This document shows, piece after piece, positions 9,930 through 20,279 of a stretch of DNA of 64,000 bases. The stretch's first letter is position 1. Every line of letters starts with the position of its first letter. The stretch is taken from positions 1 through 64,000 of the forward strand of contig CAZWEM010000010.1 of the NCBI GenBank assembly GCA_964632315.1, read 5' to 3'. Source of the DNA: an uncultured archaeon (GTDB lineage Archaea > Asgardarchaeota > Lokiarchaeia > Sigyniarchaeales > SOKP01). The notes under the pieces are model-generated. The model did not search any database and was not told the DNA's origin. It saw only the letters and a program-made list of their open reading frames with translations. The position numbers and the translations under genes are program-made.

Positions 9930-10949
9930 ATGAGTTTAGAGGCTGAAAATCAAGAAATTGAAGATTCAATGAGAAATTTAGCAAGAAAATTGATTTCTGA
10001 AAAAGAAGTGGATGTGGTTATTGGGTATTCTAAAGGAACTATTCCCATGAGTGTTTCACCGATTATGATTAAAAAAGTCGATGATGTTGATAAATTGATC
10101 TGGAGTAATTTATGTTATGTTAATTTAGCTAAATATTTAGTGCCACGTATTCCTCAATTAATAGATCCTGAAAAAGGAAATTTGAAGGTGGGAATTGTAT
10201 CAAAAGGGTGTGTAGGAAGAGCCTTGATTCATCTTGCCGCAGAAAATCAAATAAACCTCGAAAATATAAAAATGATTGGTATTCCCTGCAATGGCATAAT
10301 TAACAGAAAAAGAATCGAAAAAGAAATTGGAGAAAGAGAAATCCTTGAAGTTTATACTTCTGGTGATCAAATTGTTGTGAAAGGTAAAGATTTCGAAGAA
10401 GAATTTCTTTACAGTGAATATATTAATGAACTCTGCAAAAAATGTAAAGTAAAATCACCTCCTATTGTTAATGATTATAATGAATCTTGTATTGGAGATT
10501 GTCAAGAAATTGAGAATATAGAAGAAGATTTTTCTGATCTAGATGAGTTTGAGGCAAAATCATCTAAGGAAAAATGGGATTATATAAAAGAGACTCTAGA
10601 AACTTGTACCAGATGTTATGCTTGCAGAGAAGCTTGTCCAATGTGTTATTGTAATCTTTGTTTCGTAGATCAAAACAAACCTGTTTGGTTCAATAAAACG
10701 ACAGATTTACCAGATATCATCGTGTTCCATTTAATTAGAGCAATGCATCTTGCTGGTAGATGCGTTGCTTGTGGAGCATGTAGTAGTGTTTGCCCAATGG
10801 GTATTGATCTTAATTTAATTACTAGAAAGTTAGAAAAGATTGTTAAAGAAAGATTCAATTTTACTTCAGGGATAGATATCAATTCCCCTCCTCCTATGAC
10901 ATCTTTTAGCATGAAAGATAATGAAGAATTTATGTTGGAGGAAGATTAA
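9930..10949 (+). CDS. flxC: FlxC-like 4Fe-4S protein
   Basis: CTRCYACREACPMCYC and HLAGRCVACGACSSVCP; position in hdr-flx cluster. Confidence 0.8.
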   Translation: MSLEAENQEIEDSMRNLARKLISEKEVDVVIGYSKGTIPMSVSPIMIKKVDDVDKLIWSNLCYVNLAKYLVPRIPQLIDPEKGNLKVGIVSKGCVGRALIHLAAENQINLENIKMIGIPCNGIINRKRIEKEIGEREILEVYTSGDQIVVKGKDFEEEFLYSEYINELCKKCKVKSPPIVNDYNESCIGDCQEIENIEEDFSDLDEFEAKSSKEKWDYIKETLETCTRCYACREACPMCYCNLCFVDQNKPVWFNKTTDLPDIIVFHLIRAMHLAGRCVACGACSSVCPMGIDLNLITRKLEKIVKERFNFTSGIDINSPPPMTSFSMKDNEEFMLEED

Positions 10950-10961
10950 AAAGGTGAAATA

Positions 10962-12020
10962 ATGATTCAAAAAATTTTAATGAAAAATGAAATTGGAAAA
11001 TTCTATATTGAATTGGCTGAAGATTATAATATTTTTGCTCCAGTTAATGAGAAAGGTAGCATTGTCTTCAAGAAAATTTTAAATTCTGAAGATATTGTAT
11101 TAGATTATTTTAATTCAAAAGTTCCTCCCAAAGAAATACTATTTCCAAAAACAGAAGTGCTTTTTAATTATACAATTGATGGAAAGGATATAAAAATTGA
11201 AGACAGAGACGATTTAAACGAAAAAAATATAATATTTGGAATAAGACCTTGCGATGCACATGGTTTTATGTTATTAGAGAATTTTTTTGGATTTGGAGCA
11301 GTAAAGGATGAGATATTTTTAAAAAAACGTAAAAACACACTCCTCATCGGTATAGGTTGTAATGTGCCTAAAAGTACTTGCTTCTGCACTTCTGTAGAAG
11401 GACATCCATTCAAGAAAGATGATTTAGATATCTTTTTAGTGGATTTAGGAGAGAAATTCCTACTGGAAACAATCAATAATAATGGTGAATCTTTAGTTAA
11501 AAAATTGACTTGGTTAACTGATCCAAAAAAAGGAGATATTCAACAAGCAAAAGAATTGTCTAAAAAGGCAGAAGAATCATTTGAAACAAAACTCGATTTA
11601 TCCAAAATCGATAAAATTTTGGATCCAAATTTTAATCATCCGATTTGGGAAGAAATTAGTGAAATCTGCATTGGTTGTGGCACATGTTCATATCTCTGTC
11701 CTACTTGTTCTTGTTTTGATGTTATAGATGAAACTGATCAGTATAATAATCGAGGAAGAAGAATTAGAATTTGGGATACGTGCCAGTCTTGTCTTTACAC
11801 TCAACATACTAGTGGTCACAACCCTCGTGGTAGTTGTATTGAAAGATGTCGTAATCGGATAATGCATAAATTTAGTTATTACCCTGAAAATTATAATACT
11901 TTAGGATGTGTTGGGTGTGGTAGGTGTGTGCAATTATGTCCAGTCAATAATGACCTACGCACTATTATCAATAAAATAAATGAAATTGAGAATAAAAAAG
12001 AGGAGAAAGTTGTTGCCTAA
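10962..12020 (+). CDS. flxB: FlxB / AsrA-HydB-family 4Fe-4S protein
   Basis: GIRPCD, CFC, CIGCGTCSYLCPTCSCF, RIWDTC, GCVGCGRCVQLCP. Confidence 0.85.
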   Translation: MIQKILMKNEIGKFYIELAEDYNIFAPVNEKGSIVFKKILNSEDIVLDYFNSKVPPKEILFPKTEVLFNYTIDGKDIKIEDRDDLNEKNIIFGIRPCDAHGFMLLENFFGFGAVKDEIFLKKRKNTLLIGIGCNVPKSTCFCTSVEGHPFKKDDLDIFLVDLGEKFLLETINNNGESLVKKLTWLTDPKKGDIQQAKELSKKAEESFETKLDLSKIDKILDPNFNHPIWEEISEICIGCGTCSYLCPTCSCFDVIDETDQYNNRGRRIRIWDTCQSCLYTQHTSGHNPRGSCIERCRNRIMHKFSYYPENYNTLGCVGCGRCVQLCPVNNDLRTIINKINEIENKKEEKVVA

Positions 12021-12852
12021 TCCATATATACCTGTTTTAACTACTGTTAAAAGCATTGCATCAGAAAATAAAGTAAATGATATTAAAACTTTAGAATTAG
12101 AATTCAAAAATGAAAAGGATTACAAATCCTTTGATTATATTCCAGGTCAGTTTGCTGAAATTAGTCTGATAGGAAAGGGAGAATGCCCAATTGGAATCGC
12201 TTCCTCTCCCACCGAAGAGGGAAGTATTAAATTTACAATCAAGAAAATGGGAGAAGTAACTTCGGGATTTCATAACTGTGAAATTGGAGATGTTGTGGGA
12301 GTGAGGGGTCCAATGGGGAATGGTTGGCCTATAGAGGATATGAAGGGTAAAAATATAGTAGTCGTTGGTGGTGGTTTTGCTTTCTCAACATTACGATCAT
12401 TGATTATTTACATTCTTGATGAAAAGCATAGGAAAGATTATAAAGATATCACTGTAATTTATGGAAATAGAGATTCAGGCGAGGTTCTTTATCGAGATGT
12501 TCTTGAAGAATGGAAGAAAAGAAATGATATAAAAGTAGTTTTAACGATTGATCGGGAAGAGGAAGGATGGAATGAAAAAGTTGGATTTGTTGCTCCCGTT
12601 GTAAAGGAAGTTGCTCCCTTATCCGAGAATGCCATTGCTGTAGTATGTGGTCCTCCTATTATGATTAAAACTACTATAGCTGTATTGGAAGAATTAAATT
12701 TTAAGGATGAACAAATATTAAACTCCTTGGAAATGCGAATGAAATGCGGGATTGGAAAATGTGGTAGATGTAATATTGGAAGTAAGTATGTTTGTACCGA
12801 CGGTCCCGTGTTCAGCTTAGCTGAATTAAAAAAAATGCCAAATGAATATTAA
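12013..12852 (+). CDS. flxA: FlxA / AsrB-HydG-family FAD/NAD(P)-binding subunit
   Basis: PGQF, GVRGPMGNG, VCGPPIM, MKCGIGKCGRC..C.DGPVF; TTG start (12010 or 12013) after AGGAG. Confidence 0.87.
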   Translation: MPNPYIPVLTTVKSIASENKVNDIKTLELEFKNEKDYKSFDYIPGQFAEISLIGKGECPIGIASSPTEEGSIKFTIKKMGEVTSGFHNCEIGDVVGVRGPMGNGWPIEDMKGKNIVVVGGGFAFSTLRSLIIYILDEKHRKDYKDITVIYGNRDSGEVLYRDVLEEWKKRNDIKVVLTIDREEEGWNEKVGFVAPVVKEVAPLSENAIAVVCGPPIMIKTTIAVLEELNFKDEQILNSLEMRMKCGIGKCGRCNIGSKYVCTDGPVFSLAELKKMPNEY

Positions 12853-12873
12853 TAAAAAAAGAGTTGAGTATAT

Positions 12874-13980
12874 ATGGTTGAAGAAGTACTACCAAAATCC
12901 TTTGAGGATTTAATCAAAGATGTTCATGAACCAGGAATCTGTGGTGAATGTGGTGGTTGTGTAAGTTTTTGCTCTGCTGGAGATATTAAGGCAATAGAAA
13001 TGTCAGAATCAGGACCACCCCATTATTTTAATAAAGAAAATTGCTTAAAATGTGGTATTTGCTATTTAGTATGCCCCCAAACACATGTATTAGATAAAGA
13101 ATTGAATCAAAAATATAATTATAAAACCTCAATTGGTAATTGGATTAAAATTACTTGTTCAAAATCAACCTCTGAAGAGATCAGAAATCAAGCTTCAGAT
13201 GGAGGGGTGGTAACTGCTATGTTGAATTATTTACTAGATAAAAAACTCATTACCGGAGCTATCGTATCAAAAAGAGATGGTCCCTTTAATCGTGTCCCAT
13301 TTTTTGCAACAAGTAAGGAAGAGTTAATCGAAGCTGCGGGTTCACATTATGATGTGTCACAAGGAGTGGTCGGATTAGAAAATTATAGCTCTTTTGTTCC
13401 AACAATCACGAAATTAAAGAAGGTGGTTAGTTCTGACACCGCTAGTATTGCTGTTGTCGGGACTCCCTGTCAAATAATGTCGATTAGGAAAATGCAAGAA
13501 TTAAGCATTTTACCCGCTCATATTGTTAAATATACATTGGGATTATTTTGTAACTTGAATTTTAAATTTAATGCTGAAGCAAGGAAAAAGATGGAAATGA
13601 AATTTGGATTTTCCTTTGAGGATGTTGAAAAACTCAACATTAAAGAAAATTTAATCATTTCCTTGAAAAATGGTGATTCAATATATATTGATTTTAAGGA
13701 CATTAATGAGTTTGCTCGTCCAGCATGTTTTGCTTGTAGAGATTTTTCTAATGTATATGCGGACATTTCTTTCGGTGGTTTAGGTTCTCAAGATGGATAT
13801 ACTACATCTATAATTAGGACTAAAATTGGAGAAAAAATTTATAACGACGCTTTAAAAGAAGGATATCTGAAAGAATCTCCAGACTTAAATACTTCCCTAA
13901 GAAAATCAGAAATGTTAGCAAAAGTAATTAGTTTTGGAAAGCGGAAATTTGAACGTTATAAAAAATCACGAGATTCTTAA
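12874..13980 (+). CDS. FrhB/FpoF-family coenzyme F420-interacting subunit with N-terminal ferredoxin
   Basis: DGGVVT, VGTPCQ, GLFC, CFACRDF...ADISFGGLGS motifs. Confidence 0.88.
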   Translation: MVEEVLPKSFEDLIKDVHEPGICGECGGCVSFCSAGDIKAIEMSESGPPHYFNKENCLKCGICYLVCPQTHVLDKELNQKYNYKTSIGNWIKITCSKSTSEEIRNQASDGGVVTAMLNYLLDKKLITGAIVSKRDGPFNRVPFFATSKEELIEAAGSHYDVSQGVVGLENYSSFVPTITKLKKVVSSDTASIAVVGTPCQIMSIRKMQELSILPAHIVKYTLGLFCNLNFKFNAEARKKMEMKFGFSFEDVEKLNIKENLIISLKNGDSIYIDFKDINEFARPACFACRDFSNVYADISFGGLGSQDGYTTSIIRTKIGEKIYNDALKEGYLKESPDLNTSLRKSEMLAKVISFGKRKFERYKKSRDS

Positions 13981-13992
13981 AGATAATTGAAA

Positions 13993-15264
13993 TTAAGTAT
14001 TTCCTTTTTTTTCATACTTTTCTGTCAAGTTTGGGATTAAGACATAAGCTACAATTAGATAAAGGGGAATTAAGGACAATTCTATGAATATAGAAAGTAT
14101 GAAAGGTGATTTGGGACCACTAACATCCCATAAGATTCCACCGATTAATGGTCCAACGACATTTCCCGAGGCAGAAAAGAAATCACCCATACCTAATATT
14201 TTCCCTCGATGTTCAAGTGAAATTCTACTTATTAAATTTTGTAGCAGCAATCCGGTTGCCATAGTAATCATTAGATCAAATAATAATAACACTGCAAAAA
14301 TCCAGATATTATAAGAATTTATTAAAAACCAAGTAACTAAGGCACCTAAACTACTTGTAATGGTTACTCCGATAGCAGGTTTTAATCTATCAATAAATTC
14401 TCCTAATTTAGGAGCGAGCAATGTAGCTATAATTCCCGCAGGTAAATATGCATATGTTACTAATTGAATATTTGGTTCAATATATTCAATCATATATATG
14501 TTTAGAAAGGGTTTGGCAATTGAACCATTTATACTACTGATTAGGATTACGATGAATAAGAATGCCATTCCGAACATTAGGGGTTTAGTGAAGTTTTCTT
14601 TATTATTTCTAAGTTCTATTTCTGGCTGCTTATTATTATGCTCAAACTTTATTGATTCATCAATTTCTTTGAAAAATCTTATACCTGCGATAAAATTAGC
14701 AATACCAAAAACAGGAATCCCCGCATACAAGATAAAACTGTTAGAAGTGAAATAACTGGCAATGATCAGCACATTAAAACCAAAAAGTGCTCCAATGATT
14801 TGACCTATTGCATTCGCAGAGTTTTTTTTGCCGTAAGCTTGAGATCGGTTTTCCTTGTTGGATTTCTCTGCAATCAAAGTATTCACAGGAATCCAAAAAA
14901 CTCCAGCCATAAATCCTAAACTAAACATCCCTATTTCGAGGCTTATTAAAGAATTTATGATAACTGAAAGATAGATTATAAAGTAGGAGATCCCTCTTCC
15001 AAATGAACCAATCAATACTAACGCCGTTCTATTTTTTATGCGATCCGTAAAGTAACCTGTTCCAATTCCGCTTAATGTCCTCCCAAAAACTTGGAGTGAA
15101 ATCAACAAGCTCACTTGAAATCCAGATGCATTCATATTCTGTACTGCAATAATAGGTACCAAAAATCCTAAAAAGAAGAAGCCTAAACTATTTAAAATTA
15201 TAATTTTTAACATGTCGTTGAAGTCTTGGGTGAACCGATCCTCATCTACAGCAAAGAACTTCAT
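13993..15264 (-). CDS. MFS transporter
   Basis: About 12 hydrophobic segments; GYFTDRIKNR motif-A-like; GPLIGGILWD. Confidence 0.88.
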   Translation of the reverse strand: MKFFAVDEDRFTQDFNDMLKIIILNSLGFFFLGFLVPIIAVQNMNASGFQVSLLISLQVFGRTLSGIGTGYFTDRIKNRTALVLIGSFGRGISYFIIYLSVIINSLISLEIGMFSLGFMAGVFWIPVNTLIAEKSNKENRSQAYGKKNSANAIGQIIGALFGFNVLIIASYFTSNSFILYAGIPVFGIANFIAGIRFFKEIDESIKFEHNNKQPEIELRNNKENFTKPLMFGMAFLFIVILISSINGSIAKPFLNIYMIEYIEPNIQLVTYAYLPAGIIATLLAPKLGEFIDRLKPAIGVTITSSLGALVTWFLINSYNIWIFAVLLLFDLMITMATGLLLQNLISRISLEHRGKILGMGDFFSASGNVVGPLIGGILWDVSGPKSPFILSIFIELSLIPLYLIVAYVLIPNLTEKYEKKGNT

Positions 15265-15354
15265 AAAATTATTTACCGAAGTTAATCATGAAATTATTAT
15301 TTTATGAATTTTTCAATTTTGTGTACTTATTCTTTTAATGTTTTAAAGAAAGAG

Positions 15355-16320
15355 TTATAAATCAAACAAGTTACCCGTACTATATATTGTATCCTCAAGA
15401 TCAAGAACAATTTCTCCTCCAGATGCAATTTTTATAGCAGAATTAATACCTTCTAAGACTGTATCCATCATTAATTCATAAGCTTTGAAACAATTTTGAA
15501 TTTGATCATTTAATTTATCTGTTAAACATCTTGAAATATCTGGAATTAACTCAGGAAGAAAATCTTGGTTAATCATAATTTCTTCCGTATTGTATAATGA
15601 TTCTCTAGCAATAATAAAAGGTTGATGAACATCCATCTTGGAAAACATCACTTTACATACGAATAAAGATGCTTTAATTTCTCGCATGATAAATTTAACC
15701 CGGTTTCTATCATCAAGAAATTGCTTGAAACTTATTGCTTGGATGATGTCCTCATTGGTGATAGTTTTTGAGGTATCCATCAATTCGCTAACACGTTCCG
15801 ACATTCTTTTTGAAGAAAGCATCAATTTGAGATTCATTAAGTTTTTTTCAGAATAGTTTTTATAAAAAGCAGAAAGAAAACTACGGTATCCTTCAGATTG
15901 AGAATCACTTAATTTATAATTATTTTCCTTGAATTTATTCATAAAATCTTGGATGATTAAAAATTTCAGCTTAAGTCTATGGAGAGCCAAGTATAAACAC
16001 ATCCTGGTTTTTGTGTATGCGGATACATTTCCCCTTCTAAATCTATCGTGATGATCCCTTTCATACATTACAATCGGTTTTAGTTTACTTACGACAACAT
16101 CAATGAAATACTCAATTATGTGTTCCAAAGGTTCTACATTTATTATGCGAAATACTTCGATAATTTCTTGGCTGGATGGCTGTGTTTTTGGTAATTCCTT
16201 AAGCATATCATAATTATATTCATCTAAAAATAATGACGTTAGCGCTTCCATTTCTAAAACGGTTCTGCAAGGTATAAATACCTTGTTAAGATCATTTAGA
16301 ATCTCACTACTTTCGGGCAT
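15355..16320 (-). CDS. Hypothetical helical protein
   Basis: 321-aa ORF, no recognised motif. Confidence 0.7.
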   Translation of the reverse strand: MPESSEILNDLNKVFIPCRTVLEMEALTSLFLDEYNYDMLKELPKTQPSSQEIIEVFRIINVEPLEHIIEYFIDVVVSKLKPIVMYERDHHDRFRRGNVSAYTKTRMCLYLALHRLKLKFLIIQDFMNKFKENNYKLSDSQSEGYRSFLSAFYKNYSEKNLMNLKLMLSSKRMSERVSELMDTSKTITNEDIIQAISFKQFLDDRNRVKFIMREIKASLFVCKVMFSKMDVHQPFIIARESLYNTEEIMINQDFLPELIPDISRCLTDKLNDQIQNCFKAYELMMDTVLEGINSAIKIASGGEIVLDLEDTIYSTGNLFDL

Positions 16321-16491
16321 AATTAATTATCTAAGGATTTTTATAAAAATTATATCATAAGTTTCGTAATAAATTTATCTGTTGAATGGTAATCGATAAA
16401 ATCTAAGTAGTTTCTAAAAAATACCTCATTAAGGGAATAAATAGCTTTTTGAAAGATCTCTCTCAGATTAGGAGAAAATGAATTCTTTTTC

Positions 16492-17406
16492 TTAAAGTAT
16501 TGGAGAAGGAGGAAATTGCCTTAAATGTTTAGAACGATCAACAAGCTCTCTTACATGTTGAATAAGATCTTCATCTAAACTAAATTCTGATGATAATTGT
16601 TGGTTATCCCATCCTTTTTCTATTCCTATAAGTACTCTATCTAAAGACTTATAGTCAATACCTAATGCAAATTCATCATTAATTCCAGGCATAAGATCGG
16701 GAGTCGGAGATTTTTCTATTATTTTTTGAGTAACTCCCATATAAGACGCTAATTGCCAAACCTGAGTCTTGTACAAAGGAAGGATAGGTTCTATATCTGC
16801 CACATTATCCCCCCATTTAACTACAAAACCTGTCATAGATTCACTTTTATTAGTTGTACCAAGTACTAAGCGATTTTCTAAATCTGCATAATAATAAAGT
16901 ATTAGAAGTCTTAAACGATGTTTTACTCGGCTATATGCATTTCCCGTGTTGATTAATTCCTTACTTTCTGTAATTTTACTCGTACCAAGTAATCCTGCCT
17001 TAAAAGACATTTCTCCAATTTTATTTTTTTGCTTTTCATGCTGTTTTTTAACTACTGATTCTTTAATTGTTCTAAGACCTAAGATACGAAGGGGTACCAA
17101 GTGATAAATTCCTAATTTTTTCAATAAAGGCGTGAGTTTAATTTCTCGATATTCAATACCTAGACGTTTTATTTCTATTAATGCATCAGTCTTACTTTCT
17201 GGACTTGAATCCCTTTCAGGTAATAAAAGTGCTAAAACTTTTTTTGAACCAAGCGCTTTCACTGCCAAACTAGCTACTAATGAGGAATCCACGCCTCCGC
17301 TCATCCCTAGAATCACTCCATCTCTCTCAAATTTTTCCATATTAAATTGAATAAAATCCGTTATACGAGAAGATGCTTTTTCATTATCTAAACTAAATTC
17401 TCTCAT
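16492..17406 (-). CDS. nadE: NH3-dependent NAD+ synthetase
   Basis: SGGVDSS, GTTNKSE, KWGD, PLYKTQV, PTPDL. Confidence 0.93.
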   Translation of the reverse strand: MREFSLDNEKASSRITDFIQFNMEKFERDGVILGMSGGVDSSLVASLAVKALGSKKVLALLLPERDSSPESKTDALIEIKRLGIEYREIKLTPLLKKLGIYHLVPLRILGLRTIKESVVKKQHEKQKNKIGEMSFKAGLLGTSKITESKELINTGNAYSRVKHRLRLLILYYYADLENRLVLGTTNKSESMTGFVVKWGDNVADIEPILPLYKTQVWQLASYMGVTQKIIEKSPTPDLMPGINDEFALGIDYKSLDRVLIGIEKGWDNQQLSSEFSLDEDLIQHVRELVDRSKHLRQFPPSPIL

Positions 17407-17563
17407 TTTTCTAAGTTAGCTCAATATTTTTAATCTCAATATTTACATTTGTGTAAGAGTGTTATAAAAATGTGTTCTTTTTAAGTTGATTCTTTCAAAT
17501 TCATAATTACTAAGTTGTAAAAAATGAAGGTTATCAATAAAAAAGTAGAAAAAAATTAATATC

Positions 17564-17595
17564 TTTAAAAAAATTCGCCTGATTTTTAATCAGGC
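17564..17595 (-). terminator. Hairpin plus U-tract downstream of actin
   Basis: GCCTGATT-ttt-AATCAGGC perfect 8-bp inverted repeat (17577-17595), followed on the minus strand by a T run. Confidence 0.6.
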
Positions 17596-17611
17596 TATTT
17601 TTATCATCCAA

Positions 17612-18757
17612 TTAGAAGCAACGGTGAATTACTTGGGGTCCCATCTCTTTATACTCTCTTCTAGTGACCCACATTCGATGGAATGTTTTAAGAGAACTTA
17701 GAATAGACCCTCCAATCCATACAGAATACATACGTTCTGGAGGAGCGATAATTTTTACATCAACACTCTCAGGGATTTGCTCCTTGATTTCTTTGGTTAG
17801 TCTCTCTTTTATTCCTGGAAACATAGTGCTTCCACCAGAGAGCACAATATTACTATAAAGATCTCGGCGCAAATCAACGTCGCATTCTGAAATGGCGCTA
17901 ACAATTACATCATCCAAAGGTTCAAGTTCTTTCCCGATTACTGATGGATTAAAGAAGCATTCTGGGGCCAAGAATCGTTCTACACCGACATTTATTGTTT
18001 CACCATCAGGTAGCATGTAGCTCTTTTCCATCCCAGCAACCTTCTTACTTAACATCATCTCTTTTTCGGGATCAATAGCGACATAACAGAGTTTTTCTTT
18101 TATGTCTCTCACAATCTCTTTTTCTGCTGAGGTTGTGAAGGAATATCCCTTTTGTCTTAATAATCGTTGTAAGTAAGTTGTAATATCTCGACCAGCCAAG
18201 TCAATTCTCTGGATCGCATGACTTAATGCAAACCCTTCGAAAATTGGGACAACATGTGAAACTCCATCTCCAATATCTATGACACATCCCGTAGTACGAC
18301 CAGAAGCATATAAAGATAGTACTGCTTGCATTGCTACATAGAGTGCGGGAACATTAAATGTTTCGAACATTATTTCTGCCATTTTTTCCCGGTTGGGCCT
18401 TGGATTCAAAGGAGCTTCAGTTAATAAAACAGGGTGTTCACTAGGATCAATTCGTAAATCGGTATAGAAAGTATAATGCCATATTTTTTCCATTGCTGTC
18501 CAATCCTCAATAATACCATGTTCTACTGGGAACATGAGTTTCAAGACACCTTTAAGTTGCATTGCCTCTTCACCGATGTAATATTCTCGAGTATAATGCT
18601 CCACATCGGTCATTATTGATTCATATTTTGGATATCCAATGAGAGTGGGAAATACTGAACGTGGTTGATCTTCACCTGCAAATCCATTTTTGGAAATACC
18701 AGTACCATTATCAACAACTAGGGCTTTGGCATTTAAAAAAGATTCTTCTTCTGCCAT
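17612..18757 (-). CDS. Actin (Lokiactin type)
   Basis: [70 protein letters not shown]-terminal HRCF. Confidence 0.98.
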   Translation of the reverse strand: MAEEESFLNAKALVVDNGTGISKNGFAGEDQPRSVFPTLIGYPKYESIMTDVEHYTREYYIGEEAMQLKGVLKLMFPVEHGIIEDWTAMEKIWHYTFYTDLRIDPSEHPVLLTEAPLNPRPNREKMAEIMFETFNVPALYVAMQAVLSLYASGRTTGCVIDIGDGVSHVVPIFEGFALSHAIQRIDLAGRDITTYLQRLLRQKGYSFTTSAEKEIVRDIKEKLCYVAIDPEKEMMLSKKVAGMEKSYMLPDGETINVGVERFLAPECFFNPSVIGKELEPLDDVIVSAISECDVDLRRDLYSNIVLSGGSTMFPGIKERLTKEIKEQIPESVDVKIIAPPERMYSVWIGGSILSSLKTFHRMWVTRREYKEMGPQVIHRCF

Positions 18758-19083
18758 ATTTCAATTTCAGCTCGTGTTTTTTATTATTTTTTGTTTTTGT
18801 AAATTTATTTAAGATGTATCTATAAATTCCAAACGGAATTTTTGGTATTTATTTTTATCTTATTTGTGGTAATATTTGTTTTTTTTGTACGAAAAAATAT
18901 TACATATGAAAATTAAAAATATAATCGGTTTTAGATTTTTAAATCTTCTTAAAACAAAACATTAGCTTTATATGCAGATTGTTATCAAAAGAGGGTTTTT
19001 TTGAGATAACAATTAATATAAATTGTTATTTAGTTTTTAAAAGCCAAAATTTAATTTATGAAAGATAATTTTAATGGGTAAGG

Positions 19084-20196
19084 ATGACAGAATCGGATAT
19101 TAAAACTATTCAGAAAAGACTTAACATCTTAGAGAAAGAGAATAGGCAATTAAGGCAAGAAATATTCTCTTATCAGCAATATGTAGAAAATTTAAAGAAA
19201 AAGCCTAATATAATTGGATCAGTAGAGCGAGTTTTGAATGATGGTCGCATCTTAGTATCACATGCTCCAGGAAATAGGATATTGCTACCTAAAAATTCAT
19301 TATTATCTCCAATGGCTGGAGATTCAGTAGCCCTACACCCTCAATCCTTTCAAATAATAGAAGTATTAAGTAAGAATATAAGAGGGAGGGTAACTTCAAT
19401 GGAGTTAATTGAAATGCCATCAACTACATTCGAGGATATTGGAGGTTTAGATGAACAGATTCAAGCAATAAGAGAAATAATTGAATTACCATTATTACAC
19501 CCCGAATTATTTCTTGAGATAGGTATTGACCCGCCATCGGGAGCACTTTTATCCGGTCCCCCAGGTACTGGAAAGACACTGCTAGCAAAAGCTATAGCAA
19601 ATTCTACGCATGCTAGGTTTATACATCTAGTTGGATCAGATTTAGTACAAAAATTCATAGGTGAAGGATCTCGCATGGTAAGAGAAGTCTTCACCCTAGC
19701 TAAAGAAAATATTCCCGCAATAATATTTATTGATGAAATTGATGCCATCGCGGTAAAAAGGACGGATGAAGTGTATAAAGGAGATCGAGAGGTTCAGAGA
19801 ACATTCATGCAGCTGTTAAGCGAATTAGATGGATTTGCTAATACTGATGGAATTATGTTTTTAGCAGCTACAAATAGAGAAGATGTTTTAGACCCTGCTA
19901 TATTACGACCAGGGCGTTTTGACCGTATTATAAGATTTGATTTACCAAATGAAGAAGCACGTTTAATGATCATTAAAATTCACACTAGAAAAATGAATCT
20001 TAAAAACGTGGATATTCCGTTCCTCGCAAAAAAAACAGAAGGGTTTAGCGGAGCCCAATTGAAGGCTCTATGCACTGAGGCAGGAATGAGATGCCTTCGA
20101 GAAGGTGAAACTGAAATCACTCACAATTTCTTTGAACAAGCCCTTACTCAATTTTTAAACAAAAATCAAAGTGTGAAAGAGTATATCTACACCTAA
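19084..20196 (+). CDS. pan: Proteasome-activating nucleotidase (AAA+ ATPase)
   Basis: N-terminal coiled coil and OB region, GPPGTGKT, KFIGEG, FIDEID, LRPGRFDR, C-terminal HbYX (IYT). Confidence 0.92.
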   Translation: MTESDIKTIQKRLNILEKENRQLRQEIFSYQQYVENLKKKPNIIGSVERVLNDGRILVSHAPGNRILLPKNSLLSPMAGDSVALHPQSFQIIEVLSKNIRGRVTSMELIEMPSTTFEDIGGLDEQIQAIREIIELPLLHPELFLEIGIDPPSGALLSGPPGTGKTLLAKAIANSTHARFIHLVGSDLVQKFIGEGSRMVREVFTLAKENIPAIIFIDEIDAIAVKRTDEVYKGDREVQRTFMQLLSELDGFANTDGIMFLAATNREDVLDPAILRPGRFDRIIRFDLPNEEARLMIIKIHTRKMNLKNVDIPFLAKKTEGFSGAQLKALCTEAGMRCLREGETEITHNFFEQALTQFLNKNQSVKEYIYT

Positions 20197-20279
20197 TTCT
20201 TGATCATTCCATATCTATTTAATTTTTATATAATTGTTATTATTTGATCAATTGAAAGCGAGTTTTATTTCTACAAATA

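Noticed and set aside
1276-13980. Selenocysteine recoding or SECIS elements in hdrA/mvhD
   Set aside because: No in-frame TGA; the relevant positions are Cys (YCSSICC, GCHPGDCHY), and I saw no convincing SECIS-like hairpin.
16900-17140. Long insertion in NadE
   Set aside because: In frame, protein-like, with no BHB structure or intein motifs.
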